In this document: piece by piece, positions 35,927 through 40,296 of the stretch
Numbering within the stretch: the first letter of the stretch is position 1
How the letters are laid out: each line of letters begins with the position of its first letter
Virus record (IMG/VR): IMGVR_UViG_3300037851_000175
Location: 1-40,296 of that record
Source: a virus
Taxonomy: Duplodnaviria > Caudoviricetes
DNA length: 40,296 nucleotides
Reading direction: 5' to 3' (one strand)
The notes under the pieces: generated by a model
What the model saw: only the letters and a program-made list of their open reading frames with translations
Told to the model about the DNA's origin: nothing
The model's database searches: none
Made by a program: the position numbers and the translations under genes

Positions 35927-38900
35927 TGGGTTCGTTCACGGCTGCGCTCGAGGAAGTGCGGGCCAGTCGGCCCGCGAGCCCCGGTACTTCCGATTCTCCT
36001 CCCTCCTTTGAGGCGGCATTGCAGGAAGTGCGCTCGAAAGCGTCCGGAGCGATCGACACCAAGGGATCGACCGTCTCTCCGATCGCACCTCCCGGCGTGC
36101 CGATTCCGCAGCCGAAGATGGAGGAGGTCTGGACCCCGCAGACACCGATGGTCAGGCTGTCAAAGCCGTCTTACACATCGCACCAATGGAGGAGCGCCGA
36201 CGATCTAAACCGAGGCCCGGTTACCCCAGATGAGCGCAACGCAGAGAATGCACTCAAGCCGACTTCGGACGGCGAGCGATTTCTCAAGGGAATGCTGGCG
36301 GGTGGAGTAGAGCAGGCCGAAGGGCTCACCAGCCTGGAAAACGTGGGCATCCTGGCAGCGATGGCGCTGGGTGGCAAGATCCCCAATGTGGGTCCGGCGC
36401 TATCGGCAGGCGCGTCGGGAGCGTTCTCCGTCCAGATGATGCGCGATGCGTTTGCGGCCGCTCCGCAGGCCATGGACGCGTGGAAGCGCGGCGACTACGA
36501 GGAGGCAGGTCGGCTGCTCTCGATGACGTTGGGCGGCTCCACGATGGCCGCATTGGGGCTCCGGCACGCAGGCAAGGGAGTCCGCCGCGCAACGGACGTG
36601 ATGACCTCTGAGCGCGCGGGCGTGATGCCCAAGGCGCAGGCCGAGGTCACGCCGAAGTTTATCGCAGGCAACCCGCAGACGCGCGAGGACAAGGTGGCCG
36701 GTGGTCGCGCCTCGCTGAGCGACGAGGATCTCTACGCACGATTCGGAAATGCGCCGTCTGCCCGTGTGCGCGCGGAGTTGGCCGACGTTATCTCTGTACG
36801 CAAGGGCATGGGCCAGTGGGGACCGGAAGGCGCCTCTCTGGAGCGGAAGGCGCGGGCGCAAGCGGCTTCGCAGGCCGAGCCTCGACTTTCGCGCGAGCAG
36901 CCAATCCAGGAAGCGGCTCCGGCAGCCCCGGAGTGGGAACTGAAGCCCCGCGAAAACCTCGCGGACGCTCAGCGTGAGGTCGAGTCGCGCACCAACGAAG
37001 CGGTTCGCCGCGATCCCGAATCGTATCTCCGGCGCTACGAAGAGGAACACGGATCCAGCCGGATCTACAACGCCGACAAGGCAGCCGAACTCTTCGACGA
37101 TTACAGAACCGACCGAACTTCAAATCGAGAAGCCGTCTCCCGCGCCAGTTCCAAGATTGCCTATGAGGCGTTTCAGCGCAGGTTAGCGACCGAGCCCGCC
37201 GAAGCGTCGCCTACCGTCGTTTTGACTGCGGGTGGGACGGGCTCTGGGAAAAGCACGGGAGTTCGCGAGATGGCGGACGCCGGAGCGATTGTCTACGACA
37301 GCACCCTGGCGGATACGGCGGGAGCGCATCGTCTCGTCGATAGCGTGCTCAACTCGGGTCGAGACGTGGTCGTAAAGTACACGTTTCGCGATCCGGTCGA
37401 AGCGTTCCGCTCGACAGTAGACCGGGCAAGTGGAGAGGGTGGCGGGCGAGTGGTCGATATCGCAACTCACGCCTCGACGCATGAGAAGGCGCCGCAAGCG
37501 GTAAAAAGTCTCTACGAGAGGTATCAAGGCGATCCACGCGTGCAGTTTACGTTTGAGGAGATCGGGGCTGAACGCGGACTCGCGAGGGGTGGCGTTGAGT
37601 TGCTCGACAAGGGAGCGTACACTGGGTCCAGGGAGGTTCTTCGTGGAAAACTCGACGAATGGTTCCAGCAAGGATCAGTCCCGGAACGAGTCTACCGGGC
37701 ACTTGCCCCGCAAGCTGACCGTGGAGGACGTGTACCGGATGTCGGCCTCGGCACACAAACTCCGTTCCGAGAACCCGGAGGAGTTCTTCCGCAGGTATCC
37801 CGATATGGACTTCCGCCTCAGCAAGCCCAGCAAGTAACCGAATCCCGCTCCCGCCTCACCGAGTTCTTCAAGGACGAGTCCGGCACCTTCCGGCCCGACG
37901 TGTTGCGCGACTTGGCGACGGTGGGCGTCGAGCACTTCAAGCGCGGAGTGGAGAAGTTCACCGACTGGTCGCGCGAGATGGTGCGCGAGTTCGGCGAGCG
38001 CGTCAAGCCGCACTTGCTCAAGGTATGGGTGGAAGCGAAGCGGCTGTGGCAGAGCGAGGCCGGGACGGGGACCTCTCCAGTAGAGAAAGCGGCCGCTGCC
38101 AACATGGCCGAAGCAACCGAGACGCAGGGCGTGAAGCAGCCCGCGAAGAAAACGGCGGTGGCGGCCGAGGAAAAAGAGCCGCTCGCCGCCTCGCCGAACT
38201 ACCTCCAATCCAAGGACCGCATCACCAAGAACCTCGACGTGTCGCCGGAAGTGAAGGCCGAGGTCCAGGCCGCGCTCGACGAGTACGCCACAACGGCCAA
38301 GCCGACGCTCAAGACCTACTCGTTCAAGGACGTCATGGACGAGGCGCGCAGCCTGGGCGGAAACGAGATGGTTCTCGCGCTCGACAAGTCGAAGTACGAC
38401 AAGTGGTCCACCGTTCCGGCCCCGGTGAAGCTCAAGATGCGCGAGATGGTGAACGGCCTGGGCGATCACATCCTCAAACTGGAGAAAGAGCAGAAGCGCG
38501 TCAAGTCGGAGGTCCGCGCCGAAGGCGATACGATGCTGGCCGAACTTGAGAAGCAGATCGACCAGGCGCGCAAGGATCAGCAGCAGTTGCTGGACGTGCT
38601 GATGCCGATGCGCTCGCAGGACGGGCGCAATCTGGCCTACTGGCGGATCCAGGCGGAGCAGTCGTTCGACACCGAGTTCTGGATGAGCCGGGCTCGCCGG
38701 GCGGCGGGTCTCAAGCCCGAGGCAACCGAATTGCCGAAAGACCTGGCGGACTCCATCAAGCGCATCACGGCCGAGGGGCAAGCGGCAGAGCAGGCGGCGC
38801 AGCAGCAAGCCAAGGCGCGAGCAAGGCGCGTGCAGAGGTTGACGGGAGAGGCGACCGAGGCCGCGCCTGTGGACATCGGCAACGATCCCAAGGTCAAGGC

Positions 38901-40296
38901 CAAGCGGCTGGAGCTGGCGAAGACGCTGGCCAAGGCGGAGCGGACCACCAAGCTACAGACCGCGCTCGCCATCTGGAAAGCCGGGCTGCTCACTGGTCTG
39001 AAGACGCACCTACGCAACATTCTCGGCAACGCCTCGTTTCAGGTGATGGAGGAAGTGCATCGCGTCCCCGCTGCGATGGTGGACATCGCGATCTCCACTA
39101 TGACCGGGCAGCGAACGGTACATGGCCTCAGCGTTCGCGACTTCGTTGGCTCAGTTGGCGAGGCCGCAACCAAAGGCGTCCGCGAAGCAAAGGAAATTCT
39201 CAAAACAGGAACCACGGCAGAGCAGACGGCCCACCTTGAGCTTACGAAGGAACTGAACTCCGGCAACGCTGAGGTTGACATGGCGGTCAATTCCGTTTTT
39301 CGCGCGCTGAAGGCGCAGGACGCTGTGTTTAAGCGGTATGCTTACGAGCGCGCACTCCGCGAACAGATGCGCCTGGCCAAGGTCACGACACCGACGGTCA
39401 CCATGCAGGCTGAGGCAATGGCCTACGCTGACTTTGCGACGTTCAACAACCCGAACCAGGTCGCGAGCGCATTTCAACGGTTCAAGTCTGGATTGTCGCC
39501 CACGAGCCGGGCGGTCACCGAGTTTGTCATCCCATTCGTGAATACGCCCACGAACGTCTTCGCTCGCATGGTGGACTACTCACCCGCTGGGTTTCTCAAG
39601 GGAGCGGTCGAGGCCGCAAAACTGCGAAAGTCCGAGGGCAAGTTCACCGCCAAGCAGCAGGCCGTGATCAGCCATGCAATTGGGCGCGGCCTGGTCGGAT
39701 CGGCGCTGATCCTGGCGGGCTACTACGCCCGGGAGAAGGGATGGGCCACCGGCGTAAAAGCTGGCAAGGAATCCATGAGCGGCGTCGAAGAAGCAGCGGG
39801 CCAGCAGCCCGGCAGCATCAAGATCAACGGCAAGTGGCAACAGGTTTCCGCACTCGCTCCGGGCGGCAACCTCTTTGTGCTTGGCGCGTCCATGGCGGAA
39901 GAGGCGGAAGTCCGCAAGACAAAGCCCTCGCCCGGCGAGACTGCGGGACGCATGGCGGGCCTGGCGACCCGCACCGTCCTGGACCAGCCGATGGTATCGG
40001 GCGTCAGTTCCACGCTCGACGCGCTGAAGGATCCGAACCGCAGTCTCGGGACCTTGGCCCGGCAATCCGCGTCCTCGCTCATCCCCGCCGTCGTCGGCAC
40101 TGCTGCGCAGATCGCAGACCCGACGCGCCGCGAGACGCGCGAGTCCATCGTGGACTCCATGCAATCGAAGATCCCCGGCGCCGCCTCGAAACTGCCGGAG
40201 CGCACGGACGTGCTCGGGCGGCCGCTCGACGCCTCGCGCGCCAACGCGGTCAACCCGTTCCAGCCGGCCGAGGACCGTTCCGACGCGGCCACGCGC
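35926..40296 (+). CDS. Giant ejection/polyvalent protein (at least 1457 aa, 3' truncated) containing a zeta-toxin-like P-loop kinase domain
   Basis: TGATG overlap; frame 1 appears open to the window end (translated by hand in large part); VVLTAGGTGSGKST at about 37216-37257; C-terminal IPFVNTPTNVF...DYSPAG...QPGSIKINGKW...SKIPG..KLPERTDVLGRP typical of large ejection proteins. Confidence 0.85.
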   Translation, partial: MGSFTAALEEVRASRPASPGTSDSPPSFEAALQEVRSKASGAIDTKGSTVSPIAPPGVPIPQPKMEEVWTPQTPMVRLSKPSYTSHQWRSADDLNRGPVTPDERNAENALKPTSDGERFLKGMLAGGVEQAEGLTSLENVGILAAMALGGKIPNVGPALSAGASGAFSVQMMRDAFAAAPQAMDAWKRGDYEEAGRLLSMTLGGSTMAALGLRHAGKGVRRATDVMTSERAGVMPKAQAEVTPKFIAGNPQTREDKVAGGRASLSDEDLYARFGNAPSARVRAELADVISVRKGMGQWGPEGASLERKARAQAASQAEPRLSREQPIQEAAPAAPEWELKPRENLADAQREVESRTNEAVRRDPESYLRRYEEEHGSSRIYNADKAAELFDDYRTDRTSNREAVSRASSKIAYEAFQRRLATEPAEASPTVVLTAGGTGSGKSTGVREMADAGAIVYDSTLADTAGAHRLVDSVLNSGRDVVVKYTFRDPVEAFRSTVDRASGEGGGRVVDIATHASTHEKAPQAVKSLYERYQGDPRVQFTFEEIGAERGLARGGVELLDKGAYTGSREVLRGKLDEWFQQGSVPERVYRALAPQADRGGRVPDVGLGTQTPFREPGGVLPQVSRYGLPPQQAQQVTESRSRLTEFFKDESGTFRPDVLRDLATVGVEHFKRGVEKFTDWSREMVREFGERVKPHLLKVWVEAKRLWQSEAGTGTSPVEKAAAANMAEATETQGVKQPAKKTAVAAEEKEPLAASPNYLQSKDRITKNLDVSPEVKAEVQAALDEYATTAKPTLKTYSFKDVMDEARSLGGNEMVLALDKSKYDKWSTVPAPVKLKMREMVNGLGDHILKLEKEQKRVKSEVRAEGDTMLAELEKQIDQARKDQQQLLDVLMPMRSQDGRNLAYWRIQAEQSFDTEFWMSRARRAAGLKPEATELPKDLADSIKRITAEGQAAEQAAQQQAKARARRVQRLTGEATEAAPVDIGNDPKVKAKRLELAKTLAKAERTTKLQTALAIWKAGLLTGLKTHLRNILGNASFQVMEEVHRVPAAMVDIAISTMTGQRTVHGLSVRDFVGSVGEAATKGVREAKEILKTGTTAEQTAHLELTKELNSGNAEVDMAVNSVFRALKAQDAVFKRYAYERALREQMRLAKVTTPTVTMQAEAMAYADFATFNNPNQVASAFQRFKSGLSPTSRAVTEFVIPFVNTPTNVFARMVDYSPAGFLKGAVEAAKLRKSEGKFTAKQQAVISHAIGRGLVGSALILAGYYAREKGWATGVKAGKESMSGVEEAAGQQPGSIKINGKWQQVSALAPGGNLFVLGASMAEEAEVRKTKPSPGETAGRMAGLATRTVLDQPMVSGVSSTLDALKDPNRSLGTLARQSASSLIPAVVGTAAQIADPTRRETRESIVDSMQSKIPGAASKLPERTDVLGRPLDASRANAVNPFQPAEDRSDAATR
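37643..37837 (+). CDS. Nested +1-frame 64-aa gene, candidate antitoxin/immunity protein
   Basis: AGGGAGGT (37630-37637) 5 nt before GTG; GC3-rich codons in this frame while the host frame is A/T3-rich; ...LPRKLTVEDVYRMSASAHKLRSENPEEFFRRYPDMDFRLSKPSK. Confidence 0.6.
   Translation: MENSTNGSSKDQSRNESTGHLPRKLTVEDVYRMSASAHKLRSENPEEFFRRYPDMDFRLSKPSK

Larger units (their letters stand above)
83..40296 (+). mobile_element. Temperate podovirus-like prophage/phage genome, continuing beyond the right edge
   Basis: tRNA-derived att core at the left end, then co-oriented, tightly overlapping recombination, replication, packaging, head, tail and ejection genes. Confidence 0.93.

Noticed and set aside
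124-40292. Long minus-strand ORFs (e.g. 22314-24419, 19720-21063, 16555-17847, 34262-35515, 37675-38808)
   Set aside because: Antisense shadows of GC3-rich + strand genes, Arg/Pro-rich with no recognisable motifs

Overview
The window is almost entirely one high-GC temperate, podovirus-like (P22/T7-type tail and ejection module) phage or prophage, with all supported phage genes on the + strand. It begins at an attachment core made of the 3' half of a tRNA-Val(GAC) (83-131, minus strand). An early/replication operon follows: Cas4/RecB-like nuclease, putative annealing protein, pentapeptide-repeat protein, VRR-NUC, HNH, and an initiator with internal iterons. Next come a sigma70 promoter with a structured leader, TerS, a phage sigma factor, TerL, portal, scaffold, decoration protein, major capsid protein, head-spike base, three adaptor-like genes, nozzle, tail fibre, GNAT and three ejection proteins. 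The last ejection gene (35926 to the window end, absent from the ORF track) is truncated by the edge. No integrase, repressor or lysis genes are visible. The three most unusual observations are: (1) three fibre-like genes inside the virion operon that carry Sec signal peptides and locally paired cysteines; (2) a zeta-toxin-like P-loop kinase domain inside the giant ejection protein, followed by a nested +1-frame 64-aa gene with its own strong RBS (candidate antitoxin); (3) a near-perfect four-way-junction RNA in the late-operon leader. All product calls come from motif recognition and synteny by eye, not from database searches.
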